The notes below the pieces were generated by a model. It was not told the DNA's origin, made no database searches, and saw only the letters and a program-made list of their open reading frames with translations. The translations under genes and the position numbers were made by a program. 64,000 bases of DNA from Haliotis cracherodii (taxonomy: Eukaryota): positions 56,916,001 through 56,980,000 of the forward strand of contig NW_027266275.1 in NCBI RefSeq assembly GCF_022045235.1, given 5' to 3'. Of the stretch, positions 36,501 through 51,500 are shown piece by piece (position 1 is the first letter of the stretch; every line of letters starts with the position of its first letter).

Positions 36501-39500
36501 TTGATATGGCTATCACCATGGACCACAGTATTGGCTTTAGATGTGGACGTCAACAGGATCATCTTTGGTGCAGTTTTGGTTGTCACAATTCTCATCTTCC
36601 TCCTAACCTCTTCCTCAGCATTGAACAGCAATATCCATATCATCAACCCAAAACAATCTTCCCATACCTCCATCGTGTCTCTGCCACCCACCACCACCAG
36701 CCCTGTGCAACAAGAGTATGCTACAAACTATCTGGAGACTTCTCCTCACTTCCGCATGGCGTCCATTGCGTTACTCCTCACCGTCATTCGCCCAGGAGAA
36801 TTTCTACGACCCTGTGGTTATTCACCCATACCTTAAAACCAGTCAAGCAGTTTCTACATCGTCAAGGTATTATGCTCGGGGCTTACATAGACAATTGCAA
36901 CCGGTCTCATGCCGACCAACTGACGCTAGTGAGACATCTCAACTTCACACGGGCACCGCTACATCAGCTTGGCTGATTGATCAATATATCCAAGTTGGAG
37001 ACTGTTTCAACTCAATGTCTCCAGTTCATCGGCATTGTGTTCAACACCCGCCTGAGGAATATGATTGTTCCGCCTGACAGTTGCGCAAAGATCCCAAATC
37101 AAGTACCACTGTCACTCTAAAAAACAGTTACTTCTTTGGCCTTCTAACATCAGCACAAGCCCTCTCTCAACGTCTCCCAATGTCGTAATACGATCATCTG
37201 TAGTGGTGGCTTTGGGAGTTGAATGTTTTGTGGCGTAGTTTTCTTGCAGCCGTATATTGCCGATGTGACGTTAAACTTTAACTCACTCACTCACTCTTGC
37301 AGCCGTTCACTCCAACTCTCCATCTCTTTGTCAACACTTCAACCATCGACTGGGGGACACACCTTCAAGATGATCAAATTGCAGGGCATTGGTCAAAAAC
37401 TGCACATGAACAATCTGGAGTTTGAAGCGATGATTCTTGCCATCAACCATGGGGCTGATTTTTTTCCATGGATCTCTACTCATGACACAGTCAGACAACG
37501 TGGTTTGGACAAGACAAGTCAGTTTCACTCCTCAGAACCAAGACGTTTTTCAACCTGATAGACTCTCTTCACATTCAGGTTCGGGCCAGACACATTCTGG
37601 GGATCCAGAATGTGATAGCAGATGCACTCCAACTGAGTAACAACTACATCCGAAAGTTTTTCTTTCGATTTACCAACTTTACCAACCCAAAACCTCGCTG
37701 GACATTGTGGACACCTAATGCCTTCAACTTCTTTTGGCTGGCAAGAAGCTGGTTAAACTTACTCACAACTGTTGCAGATTGAAGAAACCATCCTCTCCCT
37801 CTAATACCCAACCTACTAATGCACCCATCTCAAGACACATTTCATATTTGCGCCTGGCACACCTCTAGAAGTCTCTCATAGTATTCTTGGAGAGTGGCTC
37901 GGATCATTACTGAGGTGCATTGGACTTCTGCTGAAACTCTCTACAATCATCTTCAGCTACCTCCTTGGCTGCTGTCAATTCCGTTATTGCCTCAAACACA
38001 GGGTCCAAGATTTCTACTGTTGCTGAACTCCAGGCCTTAATTCGCTCATACCGTCCTGCAGATCAGTCCTCTAGATCTGGCAAAAAAAACCCTTGAGTAT
38101 GTGACGTTAAATATGATCTTTCTCCTGGCACTTGTTACTGCAGCTTGCATTAGTGATATCCATGCCTTGGATGTGAAAAGAGTCCAGTTTTAGAGAGAAT
38201 GCTGTGGCAAAGTTTTCCTAGGATTGCAATAGTATTTTATCGACAAAAAACAACTACGTGTACCAATTGTATCAACTGTTTAATATTTCCCTGCTTTCCT
38301 CAGTTCTTGGCCCTGATGATCATGAAGATCTTTTGTTATGTCCATTAGGCATTTACTTAAAGGCATCTGCAGTCATGTGACACAAATGACCCTTCATCCT
38401 TTTATCGACCACTGCAAGCCATGAAGTGGCTCCTACTACTGTTTCATTATGACTGCATTCAGTGATATTATTATTAAAGGCATACAACTTTGCGGGATCA
38501 CCAACTCCAGTGGCCTCCAACCCACATAAGACTAGGGTGTTTGCCTCTAACATGGATCCTTACTAGCCATAATAAAGGCAGTTTCTAGAGGTCTGAAACA
38601 GAAACTAAAGGCATCCCATCAGCGCAAATCTATAAGAGAAGGTACCAGCATACCAAGTACCGCAGATCATCTCTTGTACATACAGCAATAAATAATTGAA
38701 GCTATTTCATTGTTTATGATTGTTCCCAGACAAGTTACAAGATGATATATGTACTCGTCTGTAGAGGCTTTTGCCTAGATCATTGAAGTACCATCCCATG
38801 TGGCTATTTGTTGAAATGGTGTCTCGATCTTCCACCTTTTCACCTCGCCTTTGTGTTTATAATGTTTCAGTAGTTGGTTGAAGACCTGTAGAGGTTTTGT
38901 CAATTGTTTTTCCTCTTCTTGCTTCTTGTACATCTCATGGTTGAGGTCCTTTTACAGGCTGGGTTATATGCGCCTCACCATCCAACCATGGGATAAATGC
39001 ATAGTCTGAGATAGAATAAATTAAAATATTTTTATTTTTTTACGATATATTGTTTATTTAAATATGTATCCTGTCTCAAAGCGCTAAATGCCCACCCAAC
39101 CATCCCCTTATCACAGTTTAACCAGCCTATACGCTCAAGAAAGCGAATGCACATGCAGGGAATGTCTGATGATTAGGTCGCACAGAATTTACTAATGCAT
39201 GACCTAATGTGTAAAGTGAGTGTACAATCCTGATGAATGGGATGTGTTGGGGTGAGGTGTTTTTTTAAGCTAGAAGCTTTGTTGTAGGATCGTTTCCACA
39301 CAATGATCAAACAAGGATGAAATGCATAGAGTGAGATATGATATATGAATATATACTCTTTAAAAAAAGAAATGCAAAGCCAGATTTGTGTGAGGTAGGA
39401 AAATACATTTATAAGAGGAAACGTACAAGGTATTGAGCCAAAATGTTGTGGAGAGAACACTTGGTGATTTCAGTCATCTCAGTTATTGGTACATAGGAAA

Positions 39501-42500
39501 AGTCCAAGGTGAAGGTCAGCTACCATCAATAACGAGAAGTCTCCCATTGGAATTGATAGCAGCCTGACATCTCCTGCTCATGGAAGAGACAAGTATGTGT
39601 ATCACATCCTAGGGAATGGTAGCCCTCTCGACTTGCAATGCAAAAGACAACTGCTGGGGTTGTGGTTGACGTCAGTATATCTGTCAATCCAATTCCAATT
39701 GAGAGGACATGTGGTAGGAGAATCTCATTGATGTATTGTTGAGCCATAAGATTGCCCTGGATATGGACAAAACCTGTCCTGTACTCAGTTTCCGGCATAA
39801 CGTTCTCCCCGTCGGGATTCCCCTGCCTCAAGCGGCCTGTGACGTTGTTTCTTTACACTTCTGTTAACCTTCTCATGCTGTTGAACTGTCACTGTTCGTT
39901 TGACGCAGATGCCAGGCAATCAAAAACCCTGCACTTTAATACCGTTCATAGTCCTGCTGCACGTACCATGGCCCTTTTGTAAATGACTGGGTGCGTTTTT
40001 TCTAGTTTCACAACTAATGGTTTGCTTGTTGTGATCATTTTGAGCCGGTTAATTTGTCACTGACACTATAACACATTAAACCTCTTCATTTTGCACCTCT
40101 TGTTGCACCTCCGCTAATTTTGCTTTTATGGCCAAAAAATCTGTATTGGGTTTCTTTTTTTGAGGAGTATACAATGTATCACGTGATATGCTAAAGGTGA
40201 GCCACAAGTTGCATATAATAACACGAGATAAGAGTGGATTAATTGGCCGAGGGTTTGCAAGTCCCTGTGTCCAACTTATACCTGCTAGTTCAGAACACAA
40301 AAAAGCTACCGGTAATGTTGCCAATGGCAATTAGCAGCTACCGCTGCCGGGCCCTGGTAGCATATTTAATTATGAGTGTGAGTGAGTTGGGTTTAACTCC
40401 GCTTTTAACAATATTCCAGTTGAATCACGGCAGGTCAGCTTAATATGGAAGGAAAGCCTGAAGTGATGCAGGTCTCCGTCATTTACCACTTTGGTGAAAC
40501 CCACGAGCACGGGTATGGTGCTGACAAACCTAGAAACATAGTCGGGGCGAACCGGGATTCGAACCCACAATCATAGGGTTGTGGCATGCCCAAGGGATGC
40601 AACTCTGCAACTCACGATGCCTTAGACGACCCGTGCCACCTTTAATTATGAGAGACGCTACTGTTGCTTGGCAACTACCACACATTCAAAAGGACCGCTG
40701 CCCAGTCCCAAATGCCAAAGCAACTACTGCTGCTTGGCCAGTATATGTGGCAATGTCTTGCCCAACATAAGCTGTTAATATGATTCCATGGCGGGAAAGA
40801 CAAGTTTCCCACTGAGAAGCAGGTAACCCCAGAAAGGTTCCTGCTGAAAAGCAGGTAGCCTTAAATGTAAAAGTCAGTGTAAACATCGTGTGTATTGTTG
40901 TTCCTTTCCGTCATTTTTTATTTCTCCACATGTTCACGCTCCGGTGTCCTGCATCTTGATCACTTGTTTTATGGCTTGGTATTTGTTAATGTTCATTACC
41001 TATACCTTTTGTGTGTGTCTTATACACTTTCTTTGAGTTTTGAGAATTTTGCTTAAATTACAGATTTTTGGCTCATTGTATTAATTGTAAAGGAAACAAG
41101 TCTCTCACATCTCCTCAGCACTCCTGGTGCCAATGAGATCTCCGATGTCTACTTTTTGAGCGCTGGGTGCCAGCATATCTAAGTTCTTTTACAGTGCCTC
41201 CAGGATTCAGTCTCTTCCTTGTCTACTTGCTCAACAGTCGTCCTTCCAGCCAGCACCACATCAGCTCATGCCGGCGACCTTACTGGATCTCCACTGGATG
41301 CACTTGTGGATACAGTCCATGTTTCGCCAGTCCATGGTGCCTCTTTTGCCTATTACATCTCTGGTGCCATCGGCACCTACTACTATCCCTCTGGCGCCCA
41401 CTCCATTACCTTCAGCGACCTTGGCAACCTGTGTTGATGACGTCTCGTGTACGCAACGGCGGCTTCACAGGCGCCTCATGCTGATGTGGCTACTCATAGT
41501 ACCCTCTACTTCTCAGATAGTGTCTTCACATGGTTCTGCATCTCCTGTCTCTTCTCGAGCCTTGGTGGCTTTGTGGTACATTTACAAAGATCTTTAGGTG
41601 CCAAGAGTTACTCAAATAGAACTGCCAAAGTAAAAGTGTTGGTGCACAGACCTTCTAACCTTTTGCAAGAACAGACATCAGGATCCCACCTCTGCTTTCC
41701 TCCAATTCTTGGTCGAATTTGTATTCCTCTTTTGAAGCAAACATCACCCCAAGAAGAGTACCATCACCACCTATCTCGTAGCTCTTAATTTGGTGTTGGT
41801 GAATAGAAAAGATCACAAGATGACTAAGATCTCAGAACTCCAAGCGTTGCTGCATTCCTTCAGGATGGAAGATCCTGGCATGGGATCTGAACTTGGTTTT
41901 GAAGTTGTTGCATGCTACTCTCTTTGAGCAACTTTAATTGACTTCTTTTCTGACGTCACCAAGAAGACCGCTTTTCTTCTGGCTCTGGCCAATGTAGCAA
42001 GGGTAAGCGAGCTACATGCTCTTGAGATCACCTAAGTCAAGAATCAAATCCCAGGGCAGCCAGATAGATTGTTCACCATCCCTCCTCTCTCGTCGAAAGT
42101 GTGTGCCGAAGATGAGGAGGAACTCTTCCTATGCCTGGTGTGAGCAATGCTGTGTTTCATTCATCGATCTAAGACCCAACGCTGGTCTCTTCGGGCAGTA
42201 GGGACCCTAAACTGTTCCAGTGTATGCACACACCAATTGAGGTTGTCTAAGCCGTGACTTGTGCCCGCTGTGACCCCCATTAGGAAGTCGTCCAGGTAAT
42301 GCATGATCTGGCACATTGGGAGGTAGGATTGCATATACCATTGCAAGATGGTACCAAATGTTTTGAGTATGGCGCAAGATACGGAGCAGGTGAATGGAAA
42401 GCATTTATCAAAATAGAACTCACCTTCAGATCTCATGCCTAGTAACTCGAAAGCAGACGGATGGACTGGCATAATTATATCGAATTTTGCTATTAATGCT

Positions 42501-45500
42501 TCCTTTCCCAGACGACTTCTGTGGAAAATCTGAAAGTTTAATTAAGTGTAATTGTAGCCAAAATACACAAATTTGGCAATGATGTAATAGAGGTAGTATT
42601 CTTAGAATGATTAACATGATAACTATTGTTTGATTTAAATAACAGCAGATGGGTCATGTTTACAACCTAAATTATCCTGTATGCACCTTACCTGTTTGTT
42701 TACAGAAGATTAAGTACTTACGGTAGTTCAACTGACAGCAATTCTTGGTAACACAACCATTCAGTTGAAATAAGCTTTCATATTCACATAAAATAGTTAA
42801 TACTGTTTTTGCTGTAACGGTTCTTGATTCGCATGATTTAAGCTTATCCACCCAAGGACTTGATTTTCTGTACTCTACAGTACTTTAACCATTAATGCAA
42901 CACACTCATTATAGTTTTAAGGTTTTATTACTGAGACCCATTGTCAATTGCCCGTTAAAACATTGCAAAGGGGCATGAGTACATCACACATTATCACAAC
43001 ATACAGTTTCACTTGACAACCTCAATATGCATTGTATTCGCAAAGTTTTAACACACATGGCACTGCATCTTTCATTTTTATAACAGGTCCTTTTTACTAC
43101 TTGGGGCAAAGGGACATAAGTTGTCCTCACATACTGCTAAATAATGAAAGATGCAAAGGAGCACACTGCCACTCAAATAAAAATCAGCAATTAATTCTTC
43201 CAACATTACAAACTGTTTTATTATAAGTACCTACATTTGTCTAATTCAACACATTTTCATTATCCTGAAATAGCTTTTTTATCATTTTCTCATTTTTGTG
43301 AATTATATATGTTTTTGTACATTTATTTCTTCCAGTGATTGACTGTGGCACACCAACTGGTGTCCCTGGAGCTGTCATACCTGCAGGCATCGAAACAACC
43401 TACGGCACACGGTTTCAATTTGTCTGTAAGAACCAGTACATAAAAGAGGGAACATCCAGTCTAAATAATGATACTGTTCAGTGCAAGAGCAATGGCTACT
43501 GGGGATGGAACACTCTCAGGTGTCTTGGTGAGTAACAGATTTATTATATGAATAGATACTATCATGACTCAAAACTCAGAGCTCATGGCTAATCTTTTTA
43601 CTTCGGTTGTCAGATGATGGCTCGATTGAACATACCTATTGCCAATTATGTTATTTTTTTATTTTCTTATGATACATACTTTTGAGTTGGACTGTATGTT
43701 AGTTTGATACCCATGTATATAAGTCAACATGTTTATCAGTATTTCTTGGTCTTGTCATGATCCTTGCTTTGTCTACATTTTTACATACATCACTTCGGTT
43801 GACACATGATACAACTGAAATACTTTTCTAAGTGACATTATATCAAACTCACTCACTCATTATCAATGTTTGCCCTAGGTAATACTTGCAGTGACCCTGG
43901 TCGACCTGTGGATGGCACACAACATGCAACTTCTTATGAGGAGAATAATCAGGTCAACTATACATGTAATCGCCCAGGCTACACCCTACAAGGTGCCACA
44001 CCCCTCACCTGTATACTCAACAGTGGTTTGAACTGGGACCGACTTGTCCCCACATGTGTTGGTAAGTCATTTAACCTATCTGGTATATTACTGATCCAAG
44101 CTTTCCATGATGAGACAGTCAGCTGTAAACAGAACAAACCTCAATATTATAAAAATATCAGTTATTTATGTAAATATAGTTATATATATAAATATAGCTG
44201 CAAAGCAGCAATGGTGGGCTCCAAGTTACACTGTGCACAAACGTCTATGTTCAAATCCTCAAAGGGTTTCCTTGTACCAAATCCATCACATGTAGGGTCA
44301 ACTTGCAGGGTATCGCCGCTACGAAACTGGCGTGTGCTAAATCTGTTCTAAACCCATTTCCGACATCGAACATGTTTAAATCCTCAAAGGATTTTATTGT
44401 ACTGGTACCAACTCTGTCAAAACACAGCCATCGTTTGCAGGACATTGCCGCTACGAAATTGGCGTGTTCCAGGGGTGCCTAAATATTAATCAAATATAAC
44501 CACCAAGTGGTGTTACTTTTTCTGTGCACCCAAGAACAGAAAACAAGATGCATATGTCACACTAACTTCATGTAAACTTAGTTTCTGTCAACAAACAAAC
44601 AAGATATGATTGTTGAAGAAAATTTCGGTAATTTTTTTTATCAAAATCAAAATCCAATACAACTGCAACTAAAACAGATATAAAAAAAACGGCTATTAGA
44701 ATTTGTTGTGTTGTGTGTGGAGACAATTCTCAGAAAGTTTGGAAGCATTTCATACAGTGGACTCGGAGTTGTTTGCGTTTGAAGACAGGTGCCCAAAAGA
44801 CACTGTTAAAACTTTGAATCCAGTATGGCCGCAACTAAAAAAGATATACAAAAACGGCTATTACGATTTGTTGTGTTCTGTATGGAGACAATTCTCAGAA
44901 AGTTTGGAAGCATTTCATGCAGTGGACTCTGATTTCTTTGCGTTTGAAGACAGGTACCCAAAAGACACTGAAAACCTTGAATCCGATATGGCTGCCAAAC
45001 CACGTGACCAATGACCAAAGTCAAAGAACAAAAAATGTCAAGCAGCTTGATGTCAAGCAGTTGCGAGCAATAGGGCCAAATACATCTTCAAAAAATTCTT
45101 GTTTTTTAGTTATCTGCCCTTAGCCTTTGGGCCTAGGGCTTTGGGATTTTGGCGGAATCTAGTACTCACCGGTTTTCATACACATACAAAATTTGAACAA
45201 AATCGAGTCACTGGTTATTTTTCTAGCTCTGGAACAAAAATCAGCGGAATAATAATAATATAAAATCAAACAATAACACTGGGGCTGTTCAGCCTTTCGG
45301 CTTGGTGACTCTTTAACAGGCTTTAACTTCTTTGTCAGTTGGGCTCCAGTCAAATGGATTAGCGTTCTGCGTTCGTCCAGGCCCCGGGTTCCTGTGACAT
45401 TGCTCAGATAAAGTGCTAAACCTGTTTCCGACCTCATTCATATTTGAATCCTCAAAGGGTTTACCTGTACCAACACAGTCAAATGTAAGGAACCGCTTGC

Positions 45501-48500
45501 TAGACATCACCACATGTGTCCCAGTGTGTTCTTAACTCATGTTTGACTTCGACCATGTTCGAATCCGTATATGGTTTGCTTGTACCAACGCCATCAAATG
45601 TAATGAACTGCTTGTGAGACATCACCGCACGTGTCCCAGTGAGTTCTTAACCCATGTTTGACTTCGGCCATGTTCGAAGCTGCATATGGTTTGCTTGTAC
45701 CAACTCCGTCAAAAGATAGTCACCGTTTTCAAAAATCGGCAGAATAATAAATAATAATAAATAATAATAATAAATCAAACAATTACATTAGGGCTCTCCA
45801 GGCTTTTCGGCTTGGAGCCCTAAATATAGAATAATTGAATTAATTCGTACAATTATTGTTCATTTCCCTGCTACTGTAATACTTATTTATGTATTTATGT
45901 ATGTGTTGTATACACACCTCACACAACATTAGGCGTCTTTGTACTGTGACATCATAATGTTAGATTGCGCTATGATGTTACAATGACGTCATAATTTGTT
46001 AGAGCTCACTGTGATACAGTGTAAAATCACATTGGTGAAACTGATAGAGTAAATTATGCATGTCATCTGTAACTTTCATGTGAAGAGAAATGTTATTTGG
46101 CACTTTGGTCATCTAATATCTCATTAACATATGTACTATAATTGTTTAAAGGTAGTAGGTATAGTCTATTAATAAAAGCATTGGCTTGTCATGTGTAAGG
46201 TCCAGGTCTGATTCACCATATGGGCACAAAGGGTGAAGGCCATACTTGGTCTTCTCTACTGTTATATGGCTGGAATGATGCAGTGTAAACCTCAACTCAT
46301 CATTCACAATTCTTGGCTTACTTAAATATAAGTAAATATACATATGTAATAACTCATATAATAGTATTCAATGTTCATTTATTCTAATAATGTTCATATA
46401 AATACAAAAATGGTACAGACGAATGTATCGGTAGTTTATTCTGTTTGTTGACACTCGATTTCCGGTATACAGATTGGATGATTTGTTTACCCATGAGGGA
46501 AACATACCTGAAATCTTATGTTGTCGTGTATAATGCTCAACCCCCTCTGCACAGTTTCATTTTCTGAAAAAAAAGTGTGCACTATACACAAGAAAATACG
46601 GTAGTATGTAGCTAGGATATAGGCGTAAACCTCAACTCATCACTCGCAATTATTGGCTTAGCTAGTATGTACGTAGGATATAGGCTTAAAACCAACTCAT
46701 CACTCACTATCCTTGGCTTTACGACCTAGTATGTACCGAGTAGGCGTAAAACCAACTCATCACTCACAATGTTTGGCTTTAAGACCTCGTATGTACCGAG
46801 TATATAGGTGTAAAACCAGTGCACTCACTCAGTATTATTGACATACCTTGTATATAGGTTTTAGATATGTTACCTTGTTGTTTTACAGACACCCAGAAAC
46901 CTACATTCAGCAACTGTGTGGCCGAAAAAACTGTCAGGAAATACACAACAGCATCGAATGCTGTCACTCCTCCAACACCATCTGACAATACTGGCATCAA
47001 GTCAATGACCATCACACCTACATGGCCTTCAGATCAGCTACTCATTGCATCCGAGGTAGACTTTGTATTCGCAGCTGAAGACTTCAATGGCAACAAGGAA
47101 GTTTGCACTACAAAAGTCAAAGTATTAGGTATTAATCCATTCTTTTTATATAACCTTCAGTAGTATAGGTAATGGTGATCCCTTGCCACTGGAGCCAGAT
47201 TTACCCCCTATACTGCTACTACAGAAGTAATTTTGTATGCAAAAACCATGATGCAATTCAATCGATCGTCATGAGACTAAACTAAATTGTAATGAAAATA
47301 TTCTCTATTATTTTTACTCATATGCATACCATTATTTTGAACAACGTGATATTCAACATTTTTGCTAAGTTCTTCATTCATTTTACTTGGAGACCAGACT
47401 GTATACTCTTCTTCGAAATTGGAAAGAAGCAATTGATAACCATATTTGGTTGGTTTGACATCACTGATATGTGTGATCCAACGATGTATCCAGGAAACAA
47501 TTTATTTTTAGTCTCCAACCAGTTCTTTAGTTTTGACACGGAATAATTGATGGGCTTGTTGTCTCTCCTGTTCTATGAACTTTTTTCTCATCTGCACTAA
47601 TGCGACTGGTCTTACGGGAATTTGAACAAATCTCCTGCTCCATTGCGTTGTATTTGGCGAGTTCTGAAAACACTAAACAAAACTCCTCCTTGGATATCTT
47701 ACAATCAGCCAGTGCTGTTGAAATATGATCCTCAATGCTATTTAACTTTGCTTCGGCAAGTATCCGAATACTATCATGTTTTAATGTTTTCTTTTGCAAC
47801 TTATGAGAAATAAATTTTATCGCTATTCCTGCAAGTCCAAAGACTCCAGCTGCTATTTCCATGCGCGGCCTATCATAGTTGACAATAAACACGAGCTACA
47901 CCAAGTCCCATGCTAGCTGTTACAAGTGCAGTGTCAACTCAGTCGAGGGCATTCACAGCTCTGTGATACTTTTTATATAATCCAAAACTCAACACCCTCT
48001 CCTTCTCTATTTGATGTTTTATGTCACTTATTTGATGTAATCGAAATCCATCAACAGTATCCATCTTTTCAGATGCTTCGTCGAGCAGTCGATATAAACC
48101 CATAATATATATTATGATATAAGACGGGTAGAAACTAACATATTTAGTCCACTAGTCCTTTTAACGATAACATATAGCAAAACCCTTAAAAATGGCAAAT
48201 TTCTACTAGTCCTTATGATACCTTAACTGTTGGGCAGTTTGGCAAGGACTACAGAACTAGTGCCAATTTCCAACGCTGTAAGAGTGTTAAAATGGTTGGC
48301 TGATAATGATTTGAGAGTATTATATATCAGCCTTATTAGATGTATATTATATGGCATAAATATCTAAGTAAGTGAAATGCTTTCACTTTTATTAACTTGA
48401 ACCCCTCAAGAGTTGCAACGGGCGATAATCTTAGAGAAATAATAATACTGCAACGTTGACTTTGATGTTTTTTAAGCCATTTATTTCTTAGTCCTGGTAA

Positions 48501-51500
48501 TATCTCTAGGACATCTTCTGGCGCATCCCCCAAAAAGACTTCAATAATAATTGTAGAAAGATCAGGAAAAGCATTCAAGTTATTTAATATATCATCGATT
48601 TCAGTAACCAAATTTAAACTTACATCTTTTAATGATGGACGACTCAGTAACATATGACCTGCTTCATCTGGCAGGGGAGAGACTAACACACTCTTTCGTT
48701 TTGAGGGGATATAAGCCCCTGAGTACAATCCCACTATTCATTATCTTAGTTAAATAATGTCCTTTACTCGTAGTCACATCTGATGGGGCAATGACAATAT
48801 TCAATAGCCACTCCATTTTTGCTTTGACCATAGTCATCATTGTCATCATTATCATCATTGCAAGTAAGATTGTATGAAGTGTTTTTATGGAGTCTACTAA
48901 CGTCAACATCATTTAAATCTTCAAGATTAGGTGTTGGTCCTGTGAATACAACTTCTTTCCACTTGTACACATTATCTTGTAAATGTAAAGCATATAACTT
49001 GCCATTGGTACTGGGTTTATCAAATCCCTCTGTGTCTCCAAGATCGGAGAGCGCAATTGTATTACATTGTCTAAGGTTATGTGTTCCAGGGCCTGAAGAA
49101 TCAACCATTATTTATATTATGGAGTGTCACACTCGAATATCCAATATGTACAGGTTGATGTTTTACATCTAATACAGAAATTGAGATCTGTAATAATACC
49201 ACGCTTTAATTTGTTATATTGTAATGTTGAGAAAGATTCTGTTCTACCACTATTGTATTTTTCATCTTTGACTGGTATAGCTCTTAGTAAAATTGAAGGA
49301 CTTTAGAGTTGAATATTATCTGTTGTACTGATCTGATCAAGATGGATGCAGAACTCTTTATAGGGAACTATATTGGGTAATTTAACTCCATGCACTGTTG
49401 TGTCGAATGTTACTTCTCTTCTTATAAAACCAAGTGAATTTGCTAAGTCCCTGTCAAGTTTTATACAATGTTCTCCACTGCTTAATATCAGCACCCCATT
49501 CAACTCATTTTGTGTGAGACTAGCTCCCAAAGGCTTTAAATTTCATCATTGAGTGAGCATATGCTGTAATACCCATCAGATATAGTGAGACGGTCTTTAT
49601 GTTGTAATAACTTATTATTACCTCTCGCAGCACTTATATTGGTCCACCGTGGATATGTTATATCGCAGAGAGCAACTTGAAGTTGCCCAGCAGAGTTGTC
49701 AATAGTGTGAAGCAGTTGAATAGACTTGCCATTTATTATTCCCGGGAGTGTAACATACATACTATATATACAAAGATACTATATTATGACTTCAATATGG
49801 GAGGTGTTAATACCAAGAGTAGTATCGAAGCAACTTACCTTACAAACCAGTCGATTTTAGTAAGAGCCTATGGTGCTAAGTTTTTTGTTCAGTTTCCTGA
49901 TATCTTTGAAAAATACAGGTTTGCAGCAACCAGCACTAAAATGGTGCATGTTTGGTTCCACAATCCAATGCAATTTTGCCATATGGTCTGCCACAACAGG
50001 ATGTTGTGTATCTCTTTATGCCACCAGCTTTGAACTAAATAAGCCTGGTTTATCATTTCACGTATACTATCAGATTAGATGCATACTTAAAGAAATAAGT
50101 GCCCCATTACAGCAGGATCGAGCATGGAATGCTCTGTACAATAGGTTAGCATACAAATGTATTTGTCAGGAATTTTATGTTTCAACTGGTAAAGATTGGC
50201 ATCTACATAAAGTTAACCATGGTCTAGGTATTCCATACGCTGGTACACACTCTGTTAAAGAAGTCGGTGATGATTTACTGAAAAGAGGTCAGCTTCTTCC
50301 GAGCTTTGCTCTCTCGAGGAACGAGTGGAGAGACGATCGTATGAATTTTAAGGGTGGTGTTGCTTTCACCGTCCAAAAGGTTTAACAACCACAAGATGCC
50401 GGAAATGCTTGGAATGATTTTCTTTATGATAAAACAGAAAAAAGCTTTACTAACCAAGGAGTTGTAAGAGTTAATGGAACAATAAGAACTTATGTATGGG
50501 CAAATCTTGGTGCACAATGTAGAGGATGCTATTGCTTCACCAACTGACGTACCATCTTCTATAAAGTGTTATCAAGATGTATGACAGTACGCTCAATCCA
50601 AAGTAGACTACGTTTCTGGGGCGGGACTATACATATCTCCAAGTAATATGGAACTTAAAATCGGCCAAGTGATAGGTTATAATAATAAAATTGTGGTTGC
50701 TACCTATAAACAAAAACCAGGCATAAATTCAGATATTAACACCAAATTGATAATGCAAACAAACACAGGCAAAACAATCTGTAACTGTAACTAAAAACCC
50801 GAGTACCATTGATCAGAATCAAACACTTCTGGTTTGCTTTCCCAACTCTCGGCACTCTTGATGTGTTAGTTCCAGGAACTGCCCGACTATCATTTACAAT
50901 TAGTTTGTCTTTTGTTGATGAAAACAGGGAGATTGTTCAGGACATAGTAGGGGTGTTCATTAAATATTTCCCCTAAACCACTTAGGGTTATCATATTTGG
51001 TTGAAATTTCACATGTGTAATGATACATGTATCTATGGGTTATGTCTGAATTTGCAGCACCGAACTATTAATCCTACCCTTTTTACAGGTGTTATGATCG
51101 AGTAGGGTGTGACAATGGAGCCAGTAGAATACCGCGCAGTGATTAGGTTTTTATATTTGAAAGGTCGCACACCAAAAGAAACTTTCGATGAAATGAAAGC
51201 ATATGACGTTGTTAAACACTGGCATCGCCAGTTCAAGTGTCGTCGGACATCTGTGGAAACAGCTGCCATTCCTGGTCGCCCCCATTCAGCCATTGATGCT
51301 CCAGGACACAACTCTCATGTTGCCCAGACAGAAGCGCAGTCCTGTGGCTATGAAATCCTTTCACATCCTCCTTACTGTCCTGACCTTGCACCATCTGACT
51401 TCCACCTCTTTCCAACCATGAAGTCATTTTTGAAGGGAAAACATTTCACAGATGATGAAACACTGATTTTTGAAGTCAAGTCCTGGTTTGAGGCGCAAAA

